From Octopus sinensis (Eukaryota), in the NCBI RefSeq assembly GCF_006345805.1, contig NC_043022.1, forward strand, positions 2,728,001 to 2,792,000: a stretch of 64,000 nucleotides of DNA. The letters run 5' to 3'. The first letter of the stretch is position 1. Each line of letters begins with the position of its first letter. Of this stretch, positions 53,149 to 63,307 are shown piece after piece. The notes below the pieces were generated by a model. That model made no database searches. It was not told the origin of the DNA and saw nothing but the letters and a program-made list of their open reading frames with translations. The translations under genes and the position numbers were made by a program.

Positions 53149-56100
53149 CTGTGTTTGACCCCCTAGCATTGCTTGACAACCAATGCTGGTCTGTTTACGT
53201 CCCCGTCACTTAGCGGTTCGGCAAAAGAGACCGATAGAATAAGTACTGGGCTTACAAAGAATAAGTCCCGGGGGTCGATTTGCTCGACCAAAGGCGGTGC
53301 TCCAGCATGGCCGCAGTCAAATGACTGAAACAAGTAAAAGATAGTAAAAGAGAATATATACAGGGTGTCCATAAATGCCCTTTGCATCATCACCATTGTT
53401 TAACATCTGCTCTCCATGCTGGCATGGGTTGGACAGTTTCACATGGAGTTGTCTAGCAGGGAACTGTCCTAACTCCAACTGCCTGTGGCATGGTTTCTAT
53501 GGCTGGATGCCCTTCCTAATGCCAACCACTAAGCAGTTTGTGCTAGGTGCTTTTTTTTACTTTCTGAAGTGATTCATGGTCTTGGATTGGTGTTTTTATT
53601 TAGTTTTTTATTAAACCAGGGCTGGCCAACCTGAGGCTTGCGGCTCGCAGACTTTTATCTTGCAGCTGGCTTGATACTTTCTTGAAGTATTGTGTTTAAT
53701 TTCAAAATAAAATTGTGTAAAACATTTGTTTCAGAATAAATTTAAAATTTTTAAGTGACGATAAAGCAAAGGCCTACACTTTTATAATTTTAAACAAATA
53801 TGTAAAAAGTATGGAAAATTCTTGATTCTGTAGTTTGACTATTTGACTATTAGTGCATAAAGTATACAAGCAGCCCTCAAAAAAAACCTCGTAATTAACC
53901 CTTTCGTTTCTGTATTTATTTCGAGATGCTCCGTGTGTCTTCCAATTATTTTAAATATTACAAAGAGTTTAGTAAAATAACTTGGTTATCATTAAGCTGG
54001 TGTTAAGAACATAAATTGTGATTAAGGTCTGGTGGAAGATTTTAATTCAAAACTTATGAAAACAAGACATTTGTTACCATATTTCTGTTGAGATTCTCTG
54101 TCTTCCTTTCAATTAATTTTAAATATAACAAAGAATTTAGTAAAATAACTTGGTTATCATTAAGCTGGTGTTAAGAACATAAATTGTGATTAAGGTTTGG
54201 TGGAAGATTTTAATTCAAAACTTATGAAAACAAGACATTTGTTACCATATTTCTGTTGAGATTCTCTGTCTTCCTTTCAATTAATTTTAAATATAACAAA
54301 GAATTTAGTAAAATAACTTGGTTATCATTAAGCTGGTGTTAAGAACATAAATTGTGATTAAGGTCTGGTGGAAGATTTTAATTCAAAACTTATGAAAACA
54401 AGACATTTGTTACCATATTTCTGTTGAGATTCTCTGTCTTCCTTTCAATTAATTTTAAATATAACAAAGAATTTAGTAAAATAACTTGGTTATCATTAAG
54501 CTGGTGTTAAGAACATAAATTGTGATTAAGGTCTGGTGGAAGATTTTAATTCAAGACTTATGAAAATTAGATATTTGTACTAGAGAGCCAGGTTGGTATT
54601 GAAAAGGTTAAAATGGCCCTCAATGTAATTCGAGTTGGCCAGGCTTGTCGTAAACCTTCTCAACTCTTATAATCATCATCATCATCATCATCGTTTAATG
54701 TCCGCTTTCCATGCTAGCATGGGTTGGACGGTTCAACTGGGGTCTGGGAAGCCCAAAGGCTGCATCAGGCCCAGTCTGATCTGGCAGTGTTTCTACAGCT
54801 GGATGCCCTTCCTAACGCCAACCACTCCGTGAGTGTAGTGGGTGCTTTTTATGTACTTATGTTTTTCTTTTACTTTTGTAGCTGGCTGTCTGGGCTTGAA
54901 AATACCAAGTGGCTTCACCATATTGCTAATCTGCTGAAAGCTGCCTGTGTCGTTGCTAGTGCAATCCACAAAGAAGGTCGACCAGTTTTGGTGCACTGCT
55001 CCGACGGCTGGGATAGGACCCCTCAAATCGTGGCCTTGGCAGAATTGCTTTTGGATCCATACTACAGAACTTCCTATGTAAGTAAAACCTCCTCGTACCC
55101 TAAACCGGTTCATCCCTGACTGTAGGGATTCTAAGTGACCGTTAATCAATTTCTTTCAATTTCTTGTTCCACTCCTTAGACCACAGTCATGCTGGGTCAC
55201 CACCTTGAAGAAATTTGCTCAGACAAATTGAACCCAGTATTTTAGTTTTTTTTTTGTTTGTTTTTTATTAAGCCTGATAGCCTGGTACTTATTTTATCAG
55301 TCTCTTTTTCTGAATGGCTAAGTTATGGGGATATAAACAGACCAACACAGGTTGTCAAGCAGTGGTGGGGAGAACAAACACTGACACAAACACACGTGCA
55401 TGCACTTGCACAAATACGCATGCACACATATACATGTGTGTGTGTGTGTATATATATGATGGGCTTCTTTCAGTTTCCGTCTACCAAATCTACTTACAAG
55501 TCTTTGGTCAGCCTGAGACTATAGTGGAAGTCACTTGCCCAAGGTGCCATCCAGTGGGACTGAACCTGGAACCATGTGGTTGGGAAGCAATCTTCTTACC
55601 ACACAGCCACACCTGCACCTATACATATATATACATATATAAAACAGGCCTCTCTTCAGTTTCCGCCTACCAAATCCCCTAACAAGGATTTGGTCAGCTC
55701 GAGGCTATTGTGGAAGACATTTGCACAAGGTGCGATGCAGTGGGACTGAACCTGGAACCAAGCGGTTGGGAAGCAAGCTTCTTACCACACAGCCACACCT
55801 GCACCTATTCATCTTTAAATATATATTTTTGTAGTTCTTTGCTGTTTTACAATCTGATCATAATCATTGATATCTCTCTCTCTCTCTCTCTCTCTTTAAT
55901 TTCCAGGGATTCTATGTTCTCGTCGAAAGAGAATGGCTACAGTTTGGCCACAAGTTTGCTGACCGGTGTGGTCATGATGTCAACAACGGTGATTCCAATG
56001 AACGTTGCCCGGTCTTCTTACAATGGTTGGACTGTGTACACCAGATATATCGTCAGTTCCCATGTGCTTTTGAATTCTCTGAAGCCTTTCTGGTAAGTTC

Positions 56101-59100
56101 ATTAAGGTACACACACACACACATGCCACCCTTTTATGCAAACTTAGGACTGGGTACTATAAGCAGTTATAGGATGGCCACTGAATTAGATCTTGTCTCC
56201 TTGATGTCATCACCAAAAGACCTCTGATGACTTAACCTTTAGCACTCTGTAGGTGCATCATATGATCACACAAGTTTTCTCCCCTCTCTTGGCAACACAG
56301 TGTGCCTGCAACTACAGGAGGAACAAACTCGTATGGCACCACGATGCACCTAAAGCGTGTTAAAGGTTGTTACTTAACGTTTGTTGTCCATGCTGGCAAG
56401 CTGGGGGGGGGGGCTGCACCAGACTCCAGTTTCATTTCGCGTGGTTTTTACGGCTAGACATCCTTCTTGACCAACCTTACAGAGTGTGCTGGGGGCTTTT
56501 GTGTGGTTCCGGCATGGAAAGCAGATGTTTGATGTTATGAAGTCCAGTCTATTCTACTGAAATAGCACGTTTTAGATTCTACAGGTTTTGGGCCTGTGCT
56601 GAGTTTGTGATGCATTTTTTTCCAAAATTCCTGGTGCTTAAGTTTACATCATAGAACCAGGGTTGGTCTCAAGCAGCTTAGTATCAAAAGGGCTATGTCT
56701 CAAAACCCACTCTGGTACCTAATTGACAGCTAGTTAAAGATGTATAAACAGTGAAGACAGTATGCCATTAACAAACTGTCTTTTTCACATCCATTGGAGC
56801 ACAAATCACTCCTCATGAACGCAGGTTCATGAGATGGTTGTAATCTGTAAACAGGTTTGAATAGGAACCAGAAAAGGAAGTATGAACACACACTGTGCAT
56901 GTGCACACTGAATTCATAAAAGCACCCACTACACTCTCGGAGTGGTTGGCGTTAGGAAGGGCATCCAGCTGTAGAAACTCTGCCAGATCAGACTGGAGCC
57001 TGGTGCAGCCATCTGGTTTGCCAGTCCTCAGTCAAATCATCCAATCCATGCTAGCACCAGGCTCCGGTCTTATCTGGCAATGTTTCTACAGCTGGATGCC
57101 CTTCCTAACGCCAACCACTCCGTGAGTGTAGTGGGTGCTTTTTACATGCCACCTGCACAGGTGCCAGGCGAGGCTGGCATCGGCAACGGTCGGATTGGTG
57201 CATTTTACGTGCCACCGGCACGGGGGCCAGTCGAGGCGGCACTGGCTTCAGCCACGATTCGGATGGTGCTTTTTACATGCCACCGGCACAGAAGCCAGTC
57301 GAGGTGGCGCTGGCATCAGCCACGCTGTACATTTAATAAACCAGCTCAAAAATCTTTCTTTTGATCTCATTGAATACTTGCAATTTATCTATTGATTTGT
57401 GTTCAATATTAACAATATTCACATATTGAACTCTTATTTTTTATCTAACTTTTTTTTTTGGTTTTTCAGATAAAATTAGTCCAGCATACCTACTCCCGAC
57501 TCTTTGGGACATTCTTATGCAATAACGCCAATGAGCGCAAGAAAGCCAAGTTGAAAACCAAAACAGCTTCTGTTTGGTCCCTCCTGTTGCCTGGCAACAA
57601 AAGGTTCACCAACTCCTTGTATAACCCTTCAACAGATCAGGTACTGCCAATTACTGTGTGCTTGTCTTTTTGTTTTTTTCAAATCCAGTTTAATCCGATG
57701 GCTTCCCCCCCCCCACCCATCCTCATGCACTACACCAGCTTCACTCTCCCTTCCTCCACCTACTCCTATTGCCAACCCAACATTATATCCTCTTTCTTTC
57801 TCTCTCTCTCTCTATCTCTTTTTCTCTCTCTTTCTCTCTATCTCTCTTTCTGTCTATCCCTCTCTCTATCTCTCTTTCTCTCTCTCCCTCTCTCTCTCTC
57901 TATCTCTTTCTCTCTTTCTATCTCTCTTTCTCTCTATTTTTCTTTCTCTCTATCTCTCTCTCTTTCTCTATTTCTCTTTCTCTCTATTTTTCTTTTTTCT
58001 TTCTTCTCTATCTCTCTCTCTCTTCTCTCTTTCTCTCTATCTCTCTTTCTCTCTATCTTTCTATCTCTCTTTCTCTATTTCTCTTTCTCTCTATTTCTCT
58101 CTATCTGTCTCTATTCTCTCTATCTCTCTTTCTCTCTATCTGTCTCTCTCTCTCTCTCTCTCCTCTCTCCCCCCTCACTTCCGTCAACTGCATCATCATC
58201 ATTCTGCACTGTCAGTCATCTCCTTCTCCCTCCTCACTTCCCCATCCTCATCATCGTGTATCCCCACCCCCTCTGCCCCACTCTTGACATCATGTATGTG
58301 AACAAGCATCATCATCATCATCACCCAACCGATGCTGCTTGTTTCCTCTCTTTCATGAAAAAACACATCTGGAGAAATAACCGGCCCTCCATCAGTTGTG
58401 GCAACAGAACAGCCTGCTCGTGAAATTAACGTGCAAGTGGCTGAGCGCTCCACAGACACATGTACCCTTAATGTAGTTCTCAGGGTGATTCAGCTTGACA
58501 CAGAATGTGACAAGGCTGGTCCCCTTTGAATTACTGGTACAACTTATTTTTGCCAGATGAGTGGAGCAGAGCAGCATGAAATAAAGTGTCTTGCTCAAGG
58601 GCCCAGCATGCCACCAGGAATTGAACTCATGTCCTTACAGTCATGAGCTGAATACCGTAGGTGGTGGTTGGCAGCAGGCAGGGCATCCAGCTGTTGAAAA
58701 ATTTGCCTCAACAAAATCTGTCTGACCCATGCAAGGCTGGAAAAGTTGACCTTAAATGATGATGATGATGATGTTGATTCTGTTTCAGATTGGTAAAATG
58801 GCTGAAGTTGTAGATTACCTTGTTAAATACCTAGTAGTATTTAGGTCCAACGTGCGACAATCCCTCAGATAAAATCTCAAATGTTGTTGAGTTTATTTGC
58901 AAATACTTTGTGATTAATAGATACCAAGAAATGTGTTACTAGAGTAATTTTAATATTTTAAAAGTGAAAGTGTAACCAGTGTCACATCAATGGCACCACC
59001 CATGCTGGTGGCACATAAAAAGCACCCACTATGTTCTTCGTGTGGTTGGTATTAGGAAGGGCGAGTTGGCTGAAGCGTTAGCACGCTGAGGGAAATGCGT

Positions 59101-61202
59101 AGCCGTATTTCGTCTGCCGTTACGTTCTGAGTTCAAATTCTGCCGAGGTCGACTTTGCCTTTCATCCTTTCGGGGTCGATAAATTAAGTACCAGTTACGC
59201 ACTGGGGTCGATGTAATCGACTTAATACCTATGTCTGTCCTTGTTTAGCCCCTTGTGGGTAGTAAAGAAATATATGTGGTTGGTATTAGGAAGGGCATCC
59301 AGTTGCAGAAACCATGCCAAATCAGATTGGGGCCTGGTGCAGCTCTCCAGCTTACCAGTTTTCAGTCAGACCATCCAACCCATGCCAGCATGGAAAGCAG
59401 ATGCCAAATGATGATGATGATAAGGTGTTGAGCTGGCAGAATTGTTAGCCTTTTGAACCAAATACTTGGTAGAATTCCGTCCGTCTTTACATTCTGATTT
59501 CAAACACCACAAAGATTAACTTTGCCTTTTATCTTTTTCCCCGGGTTGTTAAAATAAAGAACTAGTCGGGCGCTGAGGTCCCTGTAATCAGCTGACCCCT
59601 TCCCCACAAAACGTCGACCCTTGTGTAGAAAAAGATTATTATCATTATTGTTATTAAGGTGGCAAGCTAAAAGAATTGTTAGCACACCTGACAAAGGTGG
59701 CAAGCTGACAAGGTCCTCAACATGCCAGACAAAATGCTTAGGGACTTTTCTTCGGGGTTTATGTTCTGAATCCAAATAACATTTAGGTCAGCTTTGCCTT
59801 TCATCCTTTCGGGGTTGATAAAATAAAGTACCAGTTTCGCACTGGGGTCAATCTAATCAACTAGTCCCTTCCACTGTGCTTACAGTAGAAAGAATATTTT
59901 AATCAGCTTGATCAATTTCATACAGATTTCTGGTGTTTTGCCAATATAATTAATTAATTAATTAATGATGTTTACTTCATGAAATAATTTGTTTCTTTCA
60001 CTCATAAATTACCTCTTTTTTTTTTTCTCTTTTTTCTCTTTCCAAATACACTTCTCTTACAGGTTCTCTATCCATCATGCCATGTTCTCAACCTAACACT
60101 ATGGACACACGTTTTTCTCTCCAACAATTCCTTCTCCACCAGTTCAGACGACATTGTCGGTGCAAACGCCAGTGACCATTTCCTCGACGAGCATAAAGTC
60201 GACCACAACAACTTGGGCAAGACGCGCTCCTACGACGACCTGGTCGGTGTGGAGCACCCAGCGTACTTCAGCAGAAGGCTGAGCGACCCGAACATTGCCG
60301 TCGACAATCACGAGCAGGCAATGTTCCCAGCCAAAGAATGCAGCAACAGCGTGTACAGTCTAATAAACGTGAACAGCAATCATTTATTGGAAGAAACCAG
60401 TGCGAGCCCTCCCCAGGAACTGTTCAACGGTAACCACTGCGCTTCGACGCCCGACAGCGAACCAGCGGATAACATTGAAGAGGGGAACACAGAAATGGAG
60501 TATCAGATAAAATTCGGAGAGGAACTTCTCAACGGTGACATCTTGACAAACCTTACAAACAGTGAGGTAAACGGCAATTCCTCGCTCCCTTCTTTTATTA
60601 CATCTGTCAGCAGTAAACCACATAGGACTTTGAACAAATCTTCCCAGGTCTCCGTCAATGAAACATTTAGCAATTCTATAGCTCCCATTGTAGATGAACC
60701 TCTTAATAAATTAACTAATTTCAGAAATACCTGTACTGCTAAAACGTCATCGTCATCGTCGTCGAGCACAGCTAACTTGCCGGCCAATGTTTACATGAAC
60801 GGCAACATCGAGCACCAAAATTCTAGTAGTAGTAGCAATAGCAGCAGCAGCAGCAGCAGTAGTAGCAGTAGTAGTGAAGAAGACGACTATAGCGCAAAAT
60901 GTAACGAGGAAAGGACTTTACAAATTTACTCCAGTATTAGTACAAGCACTAGTGATATTAGCGACTCCCGGATAGACGCCAATGGTGGCGACTCTTCTTC
61001 TTCTACGGCAGTGCCGCCGGCTGTCTCCCCGGCCGAGACTGAATACCGGTCTATCCCCCGCTCATCTCTAAAGTTCAACTACTTGTTTGAAAGTAAAATG
61101 AATATCTCCAAGACAAAATCTTGTCCCAGCACACCAAATATACCCATGGCACAGTGTCTGAAAAGAGCACTCACCCCCGTGACACCTGCTGCTGAAAGTA
61201 AG
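32189..61202 (+). CDS. MTMR3/MTMR4: Myotubularin-related protein 3/4-like PI3P/PI(3,5)P2 3-phosphatase, partial. Join 32189-32481, 42093-42271, 45443-45539, 48271-48384, 50144-50277 (or -50331), 50481-50603, 52290-52401, 54882-55077, 55907-56092, 57470-57640, 60063-61202
   Basis: Eleven exons have GT-AG boundaries with matching phases (0/2,2/1,1/2,2/2,2/1,1/1,1/2,2/0,0/0,0/0,0/0) and sum to 2745 nt, 915 codons without a stop. The translation is colinear with vertebrate MTMR3/4 as I recall them: LECIHKSELFPKKEL, DLFAFAFHAWC, AWRISYINEDY, SYPEVHIVP, SQPEIGWLGWR, IIDARSYSAAIANRAKGGGCEC, VHCSDGWDRTPQIVALA, EWLQFGHKFADRCGH, FLQWLDCVHQ, FGTFLCNN, KTRSYDDL. Confidence 0.96.
32995..33300 (+). mobile_element. 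tRNA-derived SINE family E
   Basis: ggctcaatggtta...gagttcgattcc...gttgtgttcttgagcaagacacttt; related copies at ~39345-39680 and ~50715-50910. Confidence 0.75.
34347..34453 (+). pseudogene. 5S rRNA pseudogene
   Basis: cacgttgaatacaccggttcttgtccgatcaccgaagttaagcaacgtcg...gtacttagatgggtgactgcttgggaa...ggtgctgtaag follows the invertebrate 5S consensus, with a degraded 5' end and an altered box C. Confidence 0.85.
34460..34866 (+). mobile_element. 5'-truncated RTE-type LINE 3' end with a 12-bp TSD
   Basis: Translates LSKKLERRLDGTYTRLL...RRVQFAGHC.R...GRTLSYPD; (GAT)n tail; TSD tgtaagtatctc at 34448-34459 and 34867-34878. Confidence 0.85.
36790..37800. repeat. ~1 kb polypyrimidine (CT)n tract including a ~30-bp unit x4 at 37600-37760
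   Basis: Seen directly. Confidence 0.95.
38134..41165. repeat. Inverted duplication, arms ~38134-39190 and ~40095-41165
   Basis: The non-SINE core 38495-38830 is the near-exact reverse complement of 40441-40780. Confidence 0.9.
42093..42271 (+). CDS. MTMR3/MTMR4: MTMR3/4 exon B (PH-GRAM end): CSFATNELCQDWFKRLN...QNSP
   Basis: Acceptor ttttgtag|G, donor CCAG|gtaaaa; phase 2 in, phase 1 out. Confidence 0.93.
43705..43940 (+). mobile_element. tRNA-related SINE family B (representative copy)
   Basis: ggcggcgagctggcagaaacgttagc...ctgagttcaaattc...gtcgactttgcctttcatcctttcggggtcgataa. Other copies approximately: 19125-19600(-, two), 19978-20210, 22900-23385(-, two), 33345-33575, 47140-47380, 47930-48135(-), 48410-48635(-), 59065-59275, 61280-62170 (four). 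Confidence 0.9.
45443..45539 (+). CDS. MTMR3/MTMR4: MTMR3/4 exon C: VESYQLRFGKEVKRMNFDLKSAWRISYINEDY(E)
   Basis: Not in the ORF track; read by hand. Acceptor tattttcag|TG, donor GA|gtaagt; matches the myotubularin WRIS-N motif and both neighbouring phases. Confidence 0.92.
47500..47765 (+). mobile_element. Degenerate LINE C-terminal zinc-finger region (RTE-like)
   Basis: CGFVAQSKAGLTVH and CSICQKVCK...(frameshift)GLKRH motifs. Confidence 0.6.
48271..48384 (+). CDS. MTMR3/MTMR4: MTMR3/4 exon D: ICPSYPEVHIVPAIITDEELKNVASFRSMRRIPSVVW(R)
   Basis: Acceptor ctttgtccag|G, donor AG|gtaaga; C-SYP and FRS-RIP motifs. Confidence 0.94.
49510..49990 (-). mobile_element. CR1-type LINE 3' end, antisense, in the intron just before exon E
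   Basis: VQKLATRMV...SYEERL..L.L.SLEKRR.RGDLI...RGHS.KL...FSVRVADPWNKLP; (TAAC)n tail. Confidence 0.92.
50144..50331 (+). CDS. MTMR3/MTMR4: MTMR3/4 exon E: DQRSGAVISRSSQPEIGWLGWRKTEDENLL... (donor after 50277 or after 50331)
   Basis: Acceptor ccccttgtgtgcag|A; two phase-1 donors, A|gtaagt and AAG|gtcagt. Confidence 0.9.
50481..50603 (+). CDS. MTMR3/MTMR4: MTMR3/4 exon F: EMTMGIRENSTNALGMLIIDARSYSAAIANRAKGGGCECA
   Basis: Acceptor tatatttcag|AT, donor CAG|gtatgt; DAR and N-AKGGG-E motifs. Confidence 0.94.
51225..51812 (-). mobile_element. Mariner transposase relic split by a hAT MITE
   Basis: LLHDNARPY...YSRDLSPTDYHFFKHLD; left of the MITE it continues FLRLKKTFRSK...FY*RGI..L...KC....G.YF with stops. 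Confidence 0.88.
51411..51629. mobile_element. hAT (Charlie-like) MITE
   Basis: TIR cagtgcttttcaa / ttgaaaaccactg; exact 8-bp TSD gtctagat at 51403-51410 and 51630-51637. Confidence 0.92.
52290..52401 (+). CDS. MTMR3/MTMR4: MTMR3/4 exon G: EYYPNCEIQFMNLANIHSIRKSFCALRTLCGSSPDQT(N)
   Basis: Not in the ORF track; read by hand. Acceptor ttcctccag|AA, donor AA|gtaagt; EYYPNC and NIHSIR-SF motifs. Confidence 0.94.
52440..52870 (-). mobile_element. Retroposon family D: (GAT)n tail with a variable tandem array of ~55-65 bp monomers
   Basis: Constant block gttaggaagggcatccagctgtagaaa...ccaacccatgctagcatggaaagcggacgttaaacgatgatg plus repeated ggtggcacgtaaaa monomers. Other copies: ~1808-2160, 12195-12385, 35690-36010, 44820-45030, 46025-46345, 46890-47135, 48790-49195, 54660-54855, 56915-57320, 59000-59420, 63430-63655. 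Confidence 0.8.
53899..54607. mobile_element. piggyBac-like MITE with an internal 168-bp tandem amplification (~3.7 copies)
   Basis: TTAA|ccctttcg...gaaaagg|TTAA; the repeat anchor cttggttatc occurs at 53981, 54149, 54317 and 54485. Confidence 0.85.
54882..55077 (+). CDS. MTMR3/MTMR4: MTMR3/4 exon H, catalytic exon; HCSDGWDRT (CX5R) at 54994-55020
   Basis: Acceptor ttttgtag|C, donor TAT|gtaagt. The catalytic Cys and Arg are intact, so an active-class myotubularin. Confidence 0.97.
55907..56092 (+). CDS. MTMR3/MTMR4: MTMR3/4 exon I: GFYVLVEREWLQFGHKFADRCGH...FEFSEAFL
   Basis: Acceptor aatttccag|GGA, donor CTG|gtaagt; 62 codons. Confidence 0.96.
56236..56366. mobile_element. Short TIR element (piggyBac-like MITE)
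   Basis: cctttagcactctgtaggtgcatc...gatgcacctaaagcgtgttaaagg; left flank TTAA, right flank degenerate. Confidence 0.55.
57470..57640 (+). CDS. MTMR3/MTMR4: MTMR3/4 exon J: IKLVQHTYSRLFGTFLCNN...LYNPSTDQ
   Basis: Acceptor gtttttcag|ATA, donor CAG|gtactg; 57 codons. Confidence 0.95.
57790..58165. repeat. (CT)/(CTTT)/(CTAT) polypyrimidine tract
   Basis: Seen directly; accounts for the SL-rich tail of ORF 57458..58423. Confidence 0.95.
60063..61202 (+). CDS. MTMR3/MTMR4: MTMR3/4 exon K: VLYPSCHVLNLTLW (phosphatase end) plus a long Ser/Asn-rich linker
   Basis: Long pyrimidine tract and cttacag|GTT acceptor; open frame contains ORF 60213..61226; donor AAG|gtaagg. Confidence 0.9.
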
Positions 61203-61734
61203 GTAAGGAACACCCTACATATTTAACTACAAGCTTCTAATTTATTTATTTATTTATTTATTTATTATTATTATTATTATTAATGCGGTGAGCTGGCAGA
61301 ATCGTTAGCACGCCAGGCGAAATGCTTAGCAGTATTTCGTCTGCCGCTGCATTCCGAGTTCAAATTTCACCAAGGTCGACTTTGCCTTTCATCCTTTTGA
61401 GGCTGATGAAATAAGTACCAGTTACACACTAGGGCTGATGTAATCGACTAGCCCCCTTCCCCACCCCACCAAAAAAAATTTCAAGTCCTTTGTGCCTGGA
61501 GTAGAAATGGTAATTATTATTATTAAGGCAGGAAGCTGGCAGAATCGTCAGCATGCCAGGCAAAGTGCTTGGTGATATTTTGTCTGCCACTGCATTCTGA
61601 GTTCAAATTCTGCTGAGATCGACTTTGCCATTCATCCTTTCAGGGTCGATTAAATAAGTACCAGTTATGTACTGGGATCAATGTAATTGACTTAATACCC
61701 TCCTCCAAGCTGCTCTTGTGGCAAAAATTTGAAA

Positions 61735-61777
<43 letters not shown>

Positions 61778-62204
61778 GGTGGCGAGCTGGCAGAATAGTT
61801 AGTGCTGGACTAAATGCTTAGCGGTATTTTGCCCGTCACTATGTTCTGAGTTCAAATTCCATCAAGGTCGTCTTCGCTTTTCATCCTATCGGGGTCGATA
61901 AGTGTCAGATGAACACTGTGGTCCTCTCCCCCGAAATGGCTGCCCTTGTGGCAAAATTTGAAACCATTTTTATTATTAAAGCAGCAAACTGGCAGATTTG
62001 TTATCCTGCTGGATAACAATGCTTATGGCATTTTGCCTGTCCTTACATTCTGAGTTCAAATTCTGCCGAGGTCAGCTTTGCCTTTCATCCTTTCAGGGTT
62101 GATAAATGAAGTACCAGTGAAACACTGGTCCTCTCTCTCCCAGAATTTCAGGCTTGTGCCTTTAGTAGAAAGGTTTATTATTTTACCTCTCTCTATTATC
62201 ATGT

Positions 62205-62239
<35 letters not shown>

Positions 62240-62684
62240 TAGAGATCAATTTTAACAACAAAATCTTATTTGGGGCCCCCAAGGGTCATATGAACCCTGG
62301 TTGTGAACCATTGCTATAAATGTTGACCATCAGTTTATTACATTGTACATCAGTGCTAGAACATTGTTCTGTCCACAGAAATAGCTGTGCTTAACTCTTT
62401 GCTTGTCCTTTCCTCTCACGTGTGATATACACAGCTTATATTTCCCCAGTGTCCGTGTGTCATATAGGATACACATTCTCATTTTATTTCTCAACCACCA
62501 GAGTAACTTGGGTCATATGAAAGGAAAGCTTTGTATTACTCAGAATGTACGTAACACTGACTAACTAAAAACCTGAAAACAAGCATAGGCATTAAGGAGA
62601 AACTTGTAAAAATGCTTTAGACAGGCAACGGGTTAACTCCTACAATGGAGTTTGAGTCACTTAGTGTCTGTAACGCTCCTTAAC

Positions 62685-63307
62685 CCTTTCGTTACCAACC
62701 CGGCTGAAACCACCTCTGTCTCTGTAGTACAAATGTCTTGTTTCCAAAAGTTCTGAATTAAAATCTTCCACTAAACCTTAGTCACAATTTATGTTCCTAA
62801 CACTAGCTTAACAATATACTCTTTACTCTTCTTACTTGTTTCAGTCATTTGACTGCGGCCATGCTGGAGCACCGCCTTTAGTCGAGCAAATCGACCCCAG
62901 GACCCATTCTTTGCAAGCCCAGTACTTATTCTATCGGTCTCTTTTGCCGAACCGCTAAGTGAAGGGGATGTAAGCACACCAGCATCGGTTGTCAAGCAAT
63001 GCTAGGGGGACAAACACAGACACAAACATACACACATATATACATATATACGACAGGCTTCTTTCAGTTTCCGTCTACCAAATCCACTCACAAGGCTTTG
63101 GTTGGCCCGAGGCTATAGTAGAAGACACTTGCCCAAGATGCCACGCAGTGGGACTGAACCCAGAACCATGTGGTTGGTAAGCAAGGTACTTACCACACAG
63201 CCACTCCTGCGCCTATATCTAAGTTAATTTACTAAATTCTTTGTTATATTTAAAATTAATTGAAACACAGAGCACTTCAACAACAGAAATATGGTAACAA
63301 AAGGGTT
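62685..63307. mobile_element. Same piggyBac-like MITE family, opposite orientation, interrupted by a SINE (~62815-63215)
   Basis: ttaa|ccctttcgttacc...aacaaaaggg|ttaa; the interior is the reverse complement of the 168-bp unit. Confidence 0.8.
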
